DNA of 62,106 nt, counting the filler, from Kipferlia bialata (lineage: Eukaryota): assembly GCA_003568945.1 (NCBI GenBank). It is 3 parts of 3 records of this genome, joined end to end, with 100 filler letters (N's around TTAATTAATTAA, not from the genome) between each part and the next. Parts side by side here need not be neighbours in the genome. Positions count along the whole stretch, not along the records: positions 26,233 to 52,340 come from BDIP01000198.1; 2 more parts are not named here. One strand, given 5' to 3'. Below, one piece after another: positions 36,360 to 50,800 of this stretch. Position numbers and translations under genes: made by a program. Position 1 is the stretch's first letter, and each line of letters begins with the position of its first letter. A model generated the notes under the pieces. The model was not told the DNA's origin, did not search any database, and worked only from the letters and a program-made list of their open reading frames with translations.

Positions 36360-39300
36360 CCATACCTGTCACTACTGTGTCCACTGGCGTCTCTCTCCCT
36401 CATGGCCGAGGGCAGCACTCCATCGTGCCACTCTCTCTCTCCATCTCTCTCTCCCTTGGGTGTCTCAGTGGGATCAGCCTCCCCGTCTGGCATCTCAGTC
36501 TCTCTCTCTCCCTCAGTGCCAGAGTGGGTGGTCACGGTGTGGCCAAAGAGTCTGTCGAGGCCTGGGATTAGACACAAAATATAGTGATGTATTAGATATA
36601 AGAGGCCAAACAAGGAAATATGATTGAAACGCAATATATACAGCATGGCCTACATCTAGTGTATCAGCTACCATAAATACTATGTGGTATATATGTATTA
36701 TAAGCATGATGTATACATGTTCACACCTATGGCTCCTGGGTACAGGTGGGTCACGTGCTGGCTGAGGGACGAAGAGCTCTCATTGAGCTCATCCTTCACC
36801 TACTCGTGAGTACGGCACGGGGGCATATCGCACAAAATAATCTCAGAAGCATAAGACTGTACTATCCACTCACCTTGAGACCGAAGGGGTTGGACGGGGC
36901 CTGCGGCTTCTCGTTCTGCTTGTAGAGGGCGTCCAGACACTTCCACACAGAGGTCTTTCCACATCCAGGTGGTCCTACGATGATTACACCACTGGAGTAC
37001 GTGAGAAGTCTGTGGAGCCTCGAGACTGCCTGGGCAAAGGGCTGTGATTAGCATATTGGCGCAAGTATATATCGGGTTAGAGTATATATGGTACTGACCT
37101 CGCTGAACTGGTGACCGCACAGAGGTAGAGAGAGAGGGTGTGTCTCCTCGGGTGCAGAGGATACAGTGGAGGGGGCCATGGAGAGGGCATGGGAGCGGAG
37201 TCCGTCTGAGATGAGATACACTCAGAGAAACTAGACTAACACTGTATCTAAAGAATGGACGTGATATATATGAATGTACCTTCTCCATCTCCGTCCCCGT
37301 CTCCGTCTCTCTCCTCGTCCCTGATATCTGCCAGGGCCTCGGCCAGAGAGGTGTGCAGGGCAACGACACTGTGTATAAGAGATATTGTCAATTGGAGATA
37401 CAAATGTGTGAGTAGGAGATGTGTGGAGGGCAACAACACTGAGAATTAGAAGTAGTATTACTGCCTATAGTTCCAAATATACAGTTGCTCAGAGACTATG
37501 TGAAAGACCGACCCTCACCTTGCGTCACAGACTGTCTGGATGCTTGTCTATATTACATCGTACAATTCTACTAATCTAAGGGTTGAAACTGTGGAGAAAT
37601 AGCTAGGAGTGAAGACAGTGACCCTCACCTGGCGTCACAGACTGTCTGGATGCTTGTCAGCCATACTAATAGATGAACTAAATGAGTACTACCCTAATAC
37701 AATACTGAAACATGGGGCTTAACTTAGTATAATAGAGACCTCACCTAGCGTCACACACTGTCTGGATGCTTGTCCTGAGGGTGGCTCCGTACTGGCCATA
37801 CTCCTCCTCAGTGTCATTGGTGATGGGCATGCCAGATCTGGGAGTAAGAGTATATATATATATAATTATACAACAGTATATACTATATATCCTCCTCAGT
37901 GTCATTGGTGATGGGCATACCAGATCTGGGAGTAAGAGTATATACATATATCATTATACAACTGTATATACAAGTAGAGATTCTTCATCATAAATACTTG
38001 TGGGTAAATGTTGACTGTTCAGTGTACCTAGGAAGCTCTGATCTGAGGAGACCCTTGAGAAGGTCCTCCTCTCTCTCCTTACCCCTTAGGGTGGGAGTGA
38101 GGACATGGAGAATACCAGCCTGCAATGAGAATACATAATAATAATAGAGAGTGGAATAGTCGCTGAGAAAGAATCATACCTTCAAGGACCTAGTCTCGTA
38201 CTCGAGGGTCTCGTCCTTATCAACACTGCCGGAGGGAAGGCCTCTGGGGGGTGAGATTACACATCCAAATATCTGGGTATAATATATAGTCTCAAAGGTT
38301 ATGATTACAACTGGGAGAAGAAATGAGAGAGTCACATAGAAATACTTGGATATAATGAAATACATAATGAAAGGATACCTGGCCGTGTTGGCTGCAGTCT
38401 CAGGGGCCACCTCTGTCTCCATGTAGTGGGCAGCCTGGGGTAAGCATACACACACATACCACAAGGGCACTTCAACTACTATAGAGAGCACGAAGTAAGT
38501 ACCTGCTCCACTATCCTCTGGATCAGGAACATGCTTGGGTACAGGGCATCAGATAGTGCCACTGCACTGTCAGCAGAGGAGGAGTACCCCTCCCTCTCGA
38601 GGGCCCTGACTCTGCCTAGAGGGTAAGGGTCAATACTCCAATTACAACATACCCAAGAATAGTCGTAGTATTATATACGACAGTGATATATGAATCACAA
38701 TACAATATACCAATGCATACCTGTCTCCACCGACTTGTGCAGGAGTGTCAGTGTCTTGACAGCATTGGAATAATTTTATATACATATATATACACATATA
38801 TGGGTGTTTACTAATATAGATACCTGTCTTCACCGACTTGTGCAGCAGGGTGAGTGTCTTGACAGCATTGGAATATAGAATATATATATACACACATATG
38901 TATACATATACATATATATATACCTGTCTCTACCGACTTGTGCAGCAGTGTCAGCGTCTTGACAACAGGGGCAGCCAGTTCCTCAGCGCACACATATCCC
39001 TGGGTATTAGTCAATCCACAAGAAAATACAATACTTCCAATAATTACCCAATAATATTTGATCCATAAATATTTTCTGTTAACAACTCTTACCTTGCTGA
39101 CGAGGATTCCCTCTAGAATCACTGCCGTGTCTGGCACTTCCATCGAGACAGGTCTGAACACACCAAGGAGGTGGGAGGGCAGACCCTGCACTGAAGATGC
39201 CTTAGAGTCTGAGGCAGAGGCAGATGCAGAGAGAGAGAAGGGCAGGGTGGTTGCGGTGATGCCGACTGTTGGCTTCAGAGCACACTCTCTGTTGCCAATG

Positions 39301-42300
39301 AGTACACTGGAGGCATGGATCCTGAAGATAAGACAGACAGAGAAAGATGAGGTACTATAATCCAACTATGACTGACATCATAGCATATGTATACAAACAA
39401 CTAACCTCAGTGCCTTCTGGACTGCCTCTACCACCCCAGCCACCACGCATATAGTGTCAGCGGATAGCATCTGGACGTTGTCTAGGACTCCTACTGCACC
39501 GAGCATGCAGATACCACTGAATAGACGGTATACACTGCCAGCATCCATGGAAGGGGAGCAGTCTGAAGGATGAGAAGAAGAATAGAAATACCCACAAGAA
39601 ATATGTGGGATATGGAAAGATAATACGTACCGAATACTACACACATCCTGCCGAGCATGGCTGATATGTCCTTGATGGTCTCAGTCTTGCCACACGAGAC
39701 AGGGCCAGAGAGCATGGTGCCAACACTAGAGGTAAATAATGATGATAATATATATCTAGCCAGAGAGAAGGGTGTCGATACTAGAGGTAAGGATACATAT
39801 GGAGGAGGAATAGAAGGATACCTGTTACTGAACCCTAGGCACAGCGAGTGTATGCACCGCTGTGTGAGGGGTGTTGACACGAGTCTCTGCCTGTGGCCTG
39901 TGAACTCCCAAGAGTAGGAGATGGGGGAGGAAGTGCCTGGGGGTTAGAACGCTACACGATAAGTTCTTCGTGTAGTATCGTAATCTTGAGTCACATACCT
40001 GACTGTTCCACTGTGACTTCCCCCCTCTGTGCATCGTATGCAAACCTAGGGCAGTCCAACCAAACAGCAGAGACGTCGGCAACACCTGAAAGGTGAGAAA
40101 CACTTCACATAACTAGATAAGAGGTCAGACGTAGATGTAAATATACACCTGACTCGGCAGCAATGACGGCCTTGGCCAGAATCTCTCTCCACTCCATCTC
40201 CATGAGAATCACGCTCTCGAGGAGGTTCCTCTCCCTTGGACTCAGGTCCTTCTGGGCAGGCTTGTCACGACGGTGCCTGCATTAGAGAAAGTCTATGTTA
40301 CGCCTGACACTTTCATACCTATATCTAATAGGATATAGAGTAGTGATAGGGTGTTTAGTGTATAGTGTATATGATGTATATTATGCTAGGTACCTAGACT
40401 GAGTCCTGCTTGTTACGGTATCCAGGACTTCAGTATATAATATAGTGTATATAGTATATATATAGTATATACATATATAGTACCTAGACTGCGTCCTGCT
40501 TGTCATGGTGTCCAGGGTCTCTGGCTCAGCAGAGGAAGGGGTGCAGAGGGAGCACAGAGAGTCGATCCTGACCTGCTGCTCTCTGAAAGGTGAGACAAAC
40601 ATGGAAAACCAATCAATAAAGCATTTTGAAGAGGATAAATAACGAGTATGTATACTAACCTTAGCTCCCTGACGAGATATGCCTTTGATAAATGTAAGAA
40701 TACTATATATATCATTGACGTACCTCAGCTCCCTGACGAGGTATGCCTTTGGCGACTGGGTCCCTCCCCCTCCAACGATGGCACCCACTCCGCTGTGGAA
40801 CGCAATGGAACGGGCTAGGAACACAATCTTAACAGTTAGAGTATGATGAGCATAAAACTAGAACAACAGAAAACTTGCTAAAATATGATACAATATCACA
40901 GTGCACAGATTGCGAGTCTATGGAAAATGGTACCTGACTAGGATAGTTGAATATCCACTCCGTGTAGGGCGTGGCCGTGTAGTTGGAGAGTGCGATCTGC
41001 AGTGTCTGGTGCAGGGTGTCCCTCACAGAGCCCTCGAGGGAGGTCAGCCAGTGACCCAGGGCGCCCCTGAATATCAGAGAATACAGGAGAGAAATATTAA
41101 TATCCAAAGATACAGTGAGAGAGAGAGAGAGAAAGAGAGAGATCTACCTGAGCCTGAGTGGCATCATCAGGGTCAGCTTCTCAGATAGGGGAGCATCCTC
41201 TGGGCCAGAGTGCACAGACAGGATGGTGGTGGGGATGCTGTCGCGCTTGGCCTAGGATGAGAAGAAATCAATGAATATGTTCAGTACATTTGATTGGATA
41301 CATCGCTCTCGGTGAGGATCAAGACATTCCCTGAATAACGTGTCAATCTACAATTGTGCAATATAGACGAACCGTGGAGGGTCTGCTTCTGGCACTGCTC
41401 TTGCCCTTGCCCCTGGCAGTGCTGGCCTTGACAGCCTCGAAAGATAGGGAGGAGATGGCCTAAAGTGAGTAACTCAAGTATGCTACACAGATGGAAAGGA
41501 ACATGTAAGAGATGCAAAGACCCGGATGCATCAAGAAAATGAACACCCACCTGGTACATGGATCTCATGTATGGCACCACCACCCTGGGGTCACGCCCTG
41601 CCACAACCAGGTCGAGAAGCTGGTCGTCCGACAGGAAGAAGAACCTATGAGTGAGTAGAACACGATCATACCAAAAGGAAAATGGTGTGACAAGTATATC
41701 TTGGCCAATACCTGGGGAAAGCAAGTCTCTCTGTATCCAGGTAGCCAACCACCGCGCGTCTGACCCCCTCTAGGGTCTGTAACCACCCAGTCAGACGGTT
41801 GAGGTGGGAGGCGGTGGAGTATGTAGTAAGCCTAGAGTGAGCGGGTAAATGACAATAGTTGTGTCAGTACAGTTACATTTATGAGAAGAGACGGTTGAGA
41901 TGGGAGGCGGTGGAGTATGTAGTGAGCCTGGGGTAAGCGGTAGATGACATGTACGCAAAGACTCAGAAGGCACAATATGTCAAGTACAACATACTAAGTA
42001 TATGAAACTGAAAGAGTTAACGAATTAGATACCTTGGACCTGTGACTGCCCAGTGCAGGAATGACTGGAACATACATATATATATATATACATGTATACA
42101 ATATCAATATATGATATATATATATATATATGTGAATACACACCTTGGGTCTGTGACTGCCCCGTGCATGAATGACTGGAACTTGACATCCACGGCCTGG
42201 AATGTCTTGGAGACCTAGAGATCAGAACATGTAGTATTTAAGAAGTGAAGAGAATTTATACTCACAAATATAGTACTCCAGCCTGGAACGTCTTGGAGAC

Positions 42301-45300
42301 CTGGAGGGGTGAGCATAGAACAGTATCACTAAACACTACTTTTGGTATTCTTGGAACTATGCACGATAAAGAGTATGACGATACTGTACCTTTGGCAGCT
42401 GCCTCTTGCTGTTCCAATCATCGACTATATATACATATATACCTTTGGCATCATCAGCAATATATATATATACATACCTTAGGCAGCTGCCTCTGGATGT
42501 TGCTGTTCCCGAGTACAGTGGCTGCATGCTTCCAGAGGGTCTGGACCTGGACCCAGGTGGAGAAGACCTGGCATAAGACTATAGAGAGAAGACTAACACT
42601 AAACTAACACTCTTGATATGATAATATTGAGAGATTGGATATTTGTGTCCATACCTCCATGCTGAACCCGACTCTCTTGAGCTCCTGGACCAGTCTCTTG
42701 ACAACGGGGGCGTCTCTGTCTCTGTCTCTCTCCCTTTCTAGCTCAGAGAGACCCTCGCCATCTGCGGCAGCATCCTTCATGCCCTTCTCGGCCTCCTAAC
42801 GATCAGGAAACTACGCGAAATATAAGAATACTACGCGGAAATGTATATAGTTACAATAACCACCAATGCGTGTTATCAATAACCGATATGGATATATCTA
42901 TGGGTACATACCTGGTTCCGGTCGGCCTTTGCCCTGGCATACCGGGCCTGGAGGTCAGATAGAGGTACAGGAAGTACACTATCACGAATTTTAAGTAGAG
43001 TACCCACTCACCGTATTGTCAAGTAGATACAACATAATGACATGCTCATGAACATAATAGTTACCTTAAGCGCAGTGAGGTCTGTCTTGGCTGTCTCGAG
43101 TACTCTGTACACAGTGTCAGTCTTGGACAGAAGCTGGATGCGCACTGAAGACGACTCGTCTGGGGCCATGATAACCTTTGCAATTAGAAAGGGACCATTC
43201 ATTGAGAAGAACTATAAGAACTTGTCACTCTAAACACATGTACTGGAAAACATACCTCCACAGATGCAAGTGTGTCCAGCACTCTCTCCAGTACAGTGCC
43301 AAGCTGCAACTCAGAGTCGGCCTGAGGTGAGATATATAGGACAAGTAGAACAGTCAAAAGAGAACATATGGAAGTTAAACCATTAATAGTACAGGTATTT
43401 TGGATATTTGTCCACGTAAGGCACGTACCTGCTTGATCAGTGCTTTCACCAGTGACAGCTTTGAGTAGATGCCTCTGCCTATCAATCTGGCCACGGAGAC
43501 AACGTCAGAGTCAAACTGGGGATGAGGTGAAAGAGAACCAACAATTATGCAAACAAGTAGAATAATGTTGGGAAAGTAGGGTGGAAAAGCTTGGGTACGT
43601 ACATCGATTCCCTCGTTGAAGGCATGTCTCTCCATGGCACGGACATGGGCCTGGGAGTGAGAGAGGGTCAGACACTCTTATACAATATATATTGTATAAG
43701 TGAAAAGAAACGAAACATGGGCCTGGGAGTGAGTGATATTATTACTATTGCGTACTTACTCTACAATACAATACTTATAGAAGTACTAGTACACACCTGT
43801 ATCTTCTGGAAGGGTGACAGCTGCAGCGCGGGCTGCTTGTTGGCAGACTGCCTCTCACGACCCCTAGAGGTCAGCGGATCCATACCAAAACACATGAGAA
43901 GAGCAGAATGTCTGCTATAGACTGGGTTGTAGGGAAGTTATTACCTAGCCGTGAGCTGTCCCCTGCTTGATATCCTTGATCTAGCTGTAGCAATTGCCCT
44001 GAGACTGTTGAGAGCAGCGTTCTCAGGCACCAAGTCACGGGCATTGCCCTAGGAGTAAGAACCGAGAATTCTTGAGAAACACTGTTTTAGTGTATTAGTC
44101 CAACTGAAATATCCCATGTACCTCGCTAGGCCTCACAAGGTCGAACAGTTCTTCGCCCTCCTTGATCATCTGGGCCTGAAGGGTTAGAGGATATTAAATA
44201 TTTACAACAATAGACCTTCTCACTCACAGAATCACTATAGACGTGGAATGACATGTAGGAGTCATAACTGTGAAGGGAAACATGGCACAGCACCTTGGTA
44301 ATTGCCAATATCCCCTCCAGCAGTTCCCAGTGTCTGGGACTGAAGGCATCGGAGACAAGGGAGGAGACTGAAGGTGAGGCATATGTATCCAAGAATAAAT
44401 TTGGAAGTAATATGAATGACGTACCCAGCTGGACAATCCTACCCAGTGTCTGACACTCACTGTAGGCCTCGGAGACAAGCTGAGGGTTAGAGGTATACTC
44501 ATATGGGAAGCATTGACACGAACATAGAGATAAGATACATCATGAATAAATGGGGAAACGGTAACCAATAGTAGAAGAAAACAGTTGTATCCATACATAG
44601 ATTGGTACCTTTGGCGTTGTTGTGCTCTGAACATGTGGGTGTACACATGGGTTGTAGGCAGAGAGCACACTGGTGAAACGGCTCTGTGGGGTAAGTAACA
44701 CAACATAAACAAAAGTATAAATGAATTTCAAGATAACGGCCACAAAGGCAAGTGATAATGAAATTAAATGGATACTTACCTTGTGTGCGTCCATCTCTCT
44801 AATGATGGATGAGAATGTGGTCAGCTGAACTGGGAAGTCAATCTCGGACAGGGGCTGGAACCTGTAGGGTAAGAATCCATTAATTATTGGAGTTGTCAAC
44901 GAAACCTATAAAACTGTAAGAGTAAATGCTGAAGAATTTGGAACACACCTAATGCTGTCATTGAGTTCGTGCCACTGAAGTACACTCTGCAGTGCCCTGA
45001 TCCTCAGGTTGGAACCTTGGGCAGAGGCATCACACACAAAGAAGGCCTGAGGATGAGATATAGCATGTATGTAGAGTTATATATACTGATGTATTTAGAG
45101 AGATATTTTTATTGCATTATACACATAAGTCTAACTAGTGAGACAATAATGAAGAAAAATAGAGAATACCTTTGTGTGTATCCCACCCCCCTCCACGTTG
45201 TACTCGTCAAACCCAAAGAGACCAAACATGCGCTCCATCTCGGCCTCCTTTCCTAGGTGTTAAGCGAACACCGAAGAGAGAAAGATAGAGAGAGAGAGAG

Positions 45301-47796
45301 TAAGAGAGAGAGAGATTGATTGTTACTCCAATACATGTGCTTAAGAATCCAAAGTCGATGTATGATATGTATCAGTGGAACTTACTTGTGAGCACTGCAT
45401 TGCGGCCCATGAGTTCCTTCAGCTGGACAATGGCAGCCGGGATAGGTACTCCGACCTGGTATTAGTATTAGTATATCAAATCCAACAAGTATACCCAGAA
45501 AGTCCAATATATACATGTCAGATTAGTATACAACGGCAGCGGGGATGGGAACACCAACCTGGTACTAGATATATAAATATGTATTCAGTGTATACTATAT
45601 ACATGTGGATACATACCTGGGACTCCTCGTCCTCAGAGGCCTCTCCCTCGATGTAGCTCTCTGCCTCTGCCTCTGCATCAGTATCTCCCTCACTGACCTC
45701 GGAATCCTCCTCCACTACAGATACAGGCTCAGCTCCCTCAGTCTCGCCCTGGGGTAAGAGAGATTCATATCCTATGAAAGAATAATATAGTACTCACACA
45801 CATACATTAATGTATATATACATATGATTGATAGTCTTTACCTTGGCTGGCTTGACTGGGGATGGTGGCAGAGACGCAGGGGTTCCAGCATACCCCTGAG
45901 GGTGAGAGAAGAGAGAAGAGATAATAGTTCTTCCACTTAATTCCAATATGAGGAAATATGCCTGCATAAGCCCCTTTGCCATGACTGCCTTCAAGATGGC
46001 CAGGGACTCCCTCTCAACCTCAGTGTACAGCTCAGTCAGCTCGTCGGTAAACTGGGAGTTAGTCATGATAGAGACACAAAGACACAGACTATTTCTTTTC
46101 CATATTGACCACCTAAACACAACTTTATGAGGGAAATAGTGTTATATACCTGGTATCTGATCGATCCTCTCTTCCTGTCAAAGGCATTCTTCAGGGTGCG
46201 GAGCTGGTCAAGGCCCTGAGGGTGAGAGCACATATTTTCATAGGTATATATATATATATACACACTATTGAATCAATTCCCAGCACGTAGAGTAGTAACT
46301 ATATATATATGATTACACATGCTATTTCTCCCTGTACCTGCTGTGCCTGCTGGAGTGTGGCCATGGCCAGTATATATATAGGAGCATATATATTGTGTAT
46401 ATATGTCCATATACCCATATATATATACTAAGTGTATGGTTATACCTACTGTGCCTGCTGCAGTGTGGCCACTGCCAGTGAAACAATATGTTCATATGTA
46501 TATTAAGAACCATTACACTATGAATATATATATATATATATATATGTATATATGTACTATCCTGTACCTGCTGTGCCTGCTGCAGTGTGGCCACTGCCAG
46601 GGTGGGGTGGGGCAGTTCCATCCCATGCTCGCCAAGGACCTGGAGGGTAAGGCTACACGAGAATAAAATATACTCAGTGTTAGATGAATGAAGTGATATC
46701 TGACACATGATACCTCCTGTAGCTCGCTGAGCAGTATGGCGTCCTTCTCATAGCCAACAAGGGCCTCGAAGGCCTAAGGGGTGAGATATACAAATATACA
46801 ATGCTGTATAGAGTGGTTAACACATATCTCAAGTGTATATCATAGCCGACAAGGGCCTCGAATGCCTAAGGGGTGAGATAGATATGATTAGATAGAGTGT
46901 AGAGCACTTGGAAGATCGATACCATCAATGCATTGCTATCATACCTCCTGAGCCAGCTGGAAGTATGCGACTGCCTCGGACAGAGAGATGGGATCCCTGG
47001 GGGTTAGTCACAAAGTTATAATATAATAAGAACAGTTACTTGATAATAATATATCGAAGCAGGATGGAGTCCCTGAAGGATAGTAAATTCCCACTTTCAC
47101 GAATGATAGAATAACTCGACACAAATATTATAGAATGAATGAAAATATCCAAGCAGAGTACGTACTTTCCAAGTCCCTGGATGAACTCCCTTGTCTCATC
47201 CCCCAGACTCTGTGCTATAGATAGAGTGTACTGCGGCAGCACATCGTGTAGCAGGAAGAGCTGCCTCTTGATGGTGGGGAAGAGAGCCTGCTGGTGAGCG
47301 GACCGGTAAATAGAGAATATCCAGTATCGATATGGAGCTATTATAAGAGGTGATGTTGGAAGAGAACCATGTCAGTTGTCCATTCACATGCTAACAGGGG
47401 ACACACGGGGAATACAACGAAGGTATATACCAATTGGTATGCTGGTTGATTGTCCGCTTACCTGGTAGAGAGGGGTGCTGTTGACAAGGAAACATCCAAT
47501 CTGCCTGGGGTGAAATTGTGAGAGTGAGACTATAACAACACAATTCTGAGAAAACAAGCTATTAGAAAGTTATAAGAAGTATTATAGCGTATTAATATTA
47601 ATCATTTGTGGTAATGGAGTATTATATACATGCCTGATTGAGTGTGTCTGCAGCACCAGCTCGCACTGCTTGCCCAGGGTGTCGAAGCAGTACCGGAAGC
47701 GCTCTGCACCTATCCGATAAGTCACAAACCAACAATAAAGAACAACCAAACAGAAACAGTCAAGTACAATTCATATGTCACGGAATTGATAAATTA

Positions 47797-47832
<36 letters not shown>

Positions 47833-50800
47833 TACTAAGTGTGTACCTGGCTTCCCCCCTGCCTTGATGTCCTCCTCTAGGGTGAAGACATCGGCCCTCT
47901 CACTCTCCTGGGGATAAGACAACAAATGAGAAAATTGGCATATAGGAACGATAGTGTGCCCAAACCATCGAGTGGTAATTTGAATGACAACCAGAGAGAC
48001 AAGCAATTGCAGAATAAGCAAAATCGGAACAGTCCATATTTGGTATTTACATACCTGAGATGCGAGTGACTGCAGAAGGGGGCTGAACCCGGCCACGTAC
48101 TCCTGTATCCTGTCTGAGCAGTATCCAACGGCACCTAGGACATCCTCAATGCCCTAATCATTAGAAGCAAGAGAATGACTTCATTCATATTCAATAGTTA
48201 CCATACAATATAGATCAAATATGAAATAGAAACAGTATCGGGAGGGAGTTTTAACCAACCTTCAGATAGAGCTCGTTCTGGAGCAGGATTGTCCTGATTC
48301 TAGGACCAATGCCCTTCTTGCCTGATTGTCAGATATATAGAGGTACACATACCCTATACTCACATATACTACTATTATTGCATTGTTCTCTATTACTAAC
48401 CTAGCACGAGAGTGTCTGTGGCTGTTGGAGTGTGTCACCAGGTAGATACATATAGCCATTGTATAAGTATGTGTATATTAGACATCTTTACATATGCATA
48501 CCTAGTAGTAGATGTCTGTGGCTGTTTGAGTGTGTCACCAGGTAGGTGGCAAGCTGGGGGAACGAAGTAACCCTGGGGTGAGTATATCATTCATATATAC
48601 ACATACATTAGCAGCATTGTATAAAGGCATCAACAACTATACTATATATTTAGTAAATAATACTAACCTAGGTGCCCTGTCCACTGCAGCTGCAAAGTCT
48701 GCAAAGATGTCCTCGATCCACCTGGCAGTGAGAACAGACACCATTGACCAATGTCAGTTATAAAACCATTTCTTGTATTGGATGTTGGAGCGGCAAAATC
48801 GTGAATAGTGACGGTCAACACTGAGTGAGTTACCTGTGGAAGTCGTCTCTGGACGGGACCATAAAGACACCACGCTGGAGTGAGAGGAACTGAATTACAA
48901 CAAGAAATGTGATAAGTCACGTAAAGACCTATAATGCTACGTACCTCCGTAATCTCGAGTCTCACGTTGAACAGAGGTGCAGTTGGGAGACGGTTGGGGA
49001 AGCAGATCAGGTTGTAGCTGGACATAAGTGAACGCTAATAATAGTGAATAGTAACACAATATACAGTGTAGTCCATACCCGCAGAATGGCCTGGCCAGTG
49101 CTGTCTCCTGGGTGGCATCATGCTCATTGGTGCCAAGCATGGCCCTGGGGTCAGTATACAAAACCATAGAATGAATACATATATATACATATACTCTAAT
49201 AGTATAGTATCAATATATGCTCATTGGTGTCCAGCATGGCCCTGGGGTTAGTATATATATTATACACATATAATAGCTATAATATATGAAGAGTAATACT
49301 GTTCAGATATGATATGTTCATTTTTGCCAAGCATGGCCCTGGGATCAGTATACACACATACTCTCAACCTCTAACACTGTCTCTCCCTATGATTGAATAA
49401 TACTAGGCCTAGTGCCTAGTGATGACGTCCCCCTTGTCCGGTGCCAGTGTACTAATCACACATATATATACAGTAATTATAGTATAGTATCTAGTATACT
49501 CATGTATATATATATATATGTGTGTGTGTATGTATATATACATATACTACCAGTACCTAGTGATGACGTCCCCCTTGTCCGGTGCCAGTGACAGAGACCC
49601 CTCCTCGGTCTTGACCTTCTCACGATAGGCAGGGAGCAGTTCTAGGGTAAGTATACGACCATTCTAATTCACATATATAATTATATACATCCTGAATCAG
49701 TGTTGACCTTCTCACGATAGGCAGGGAGAAGTTCTGATGTCAGTACATGAATACGCATATACTAACCATGATACTATCAGTATTTGGGCCATACCTGCTT
49801 GCTCGACCAGTCTCTCACTGGCCACGTCTGAGAGAGAGCATGGGAGGAGAGACCGGTAGTGGTCAGACTTCTCCTTGTCCTCGGGAGTGATGGCCTCTGT
49901 GCCACAGACTAGACGGAGCATAGCCTGAAGTTAGGAGTAATATATATACATATACATAGAGAAAGAGAGAGAGAGAGAGGTGATGGCCTCTGTGCCACAC
50001 ACTAGACGGAGCATGGCATAACGTAAGAAAGTAAGTATATATCCTCACATATTCAGTAATATACCTCATTTGCAGCCAGTGCAATATCCCCCAGTGACTC
50101 CACACTGTAGTAGTCAACCAGGCGCACAAGGTACTTGAGTCTGGTGTTAGAGCTGTGAACGTCTGGTATCCGTGTTTACGAGTGTAATGAACGCTGGTTG
50201 TGACTAAGAATCTGAGTCTGGTGGGAATACTGATGTCTCAAGGTATATTCATACATATGATATTTTCACTTACCTGTGCAGGTTGTAAGTGCCCTCCTCT
50301 GAGATGCTCTTGCCCTTGCCAAACAGGGCGTTGCTCAGCATTCTGTGGGTCAATAATATACAGAGTCAATAACATAAAGAGGAGGTTCGTCTCCAAAGAA
50401 CGAGTTCAGCGAACGGAATTGTACCTAGTTCTACCGTGTAGCTGTGCGTTCTCCATGATGGCATGAGCCTTGGCACTGGCGCCCTAAGGGTCAGAGGATA
50501 CCAACACACAGAAATACGAATACCATATTTTGTATACGCATTCACATACATACGGCAACTATTACTGACAACAATACAATCACTATCTATAATATGTCAC
50601 GTAGGCACATGTATGTCCCACCTGACTTCCAAACACGGTGGCACTCTGCACATACTAGGTACAATACATTGCGTATGTATATTGCTACTCTCTACATACT
50701 ATCTATATTATTATATATATAATATACCTGGCTTCCAAACATGGTGGCACTCTGCACGTACTCGGCAGTGGCACGGCAGACCTGGGGGGTGAGTCACAAA

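Noticed and set aside
37511..38970. Echoes as mutually exclusive cassette exons
   Set aside because: They are partial, generally carry only one of the two splice sites, and some have stops or indels.
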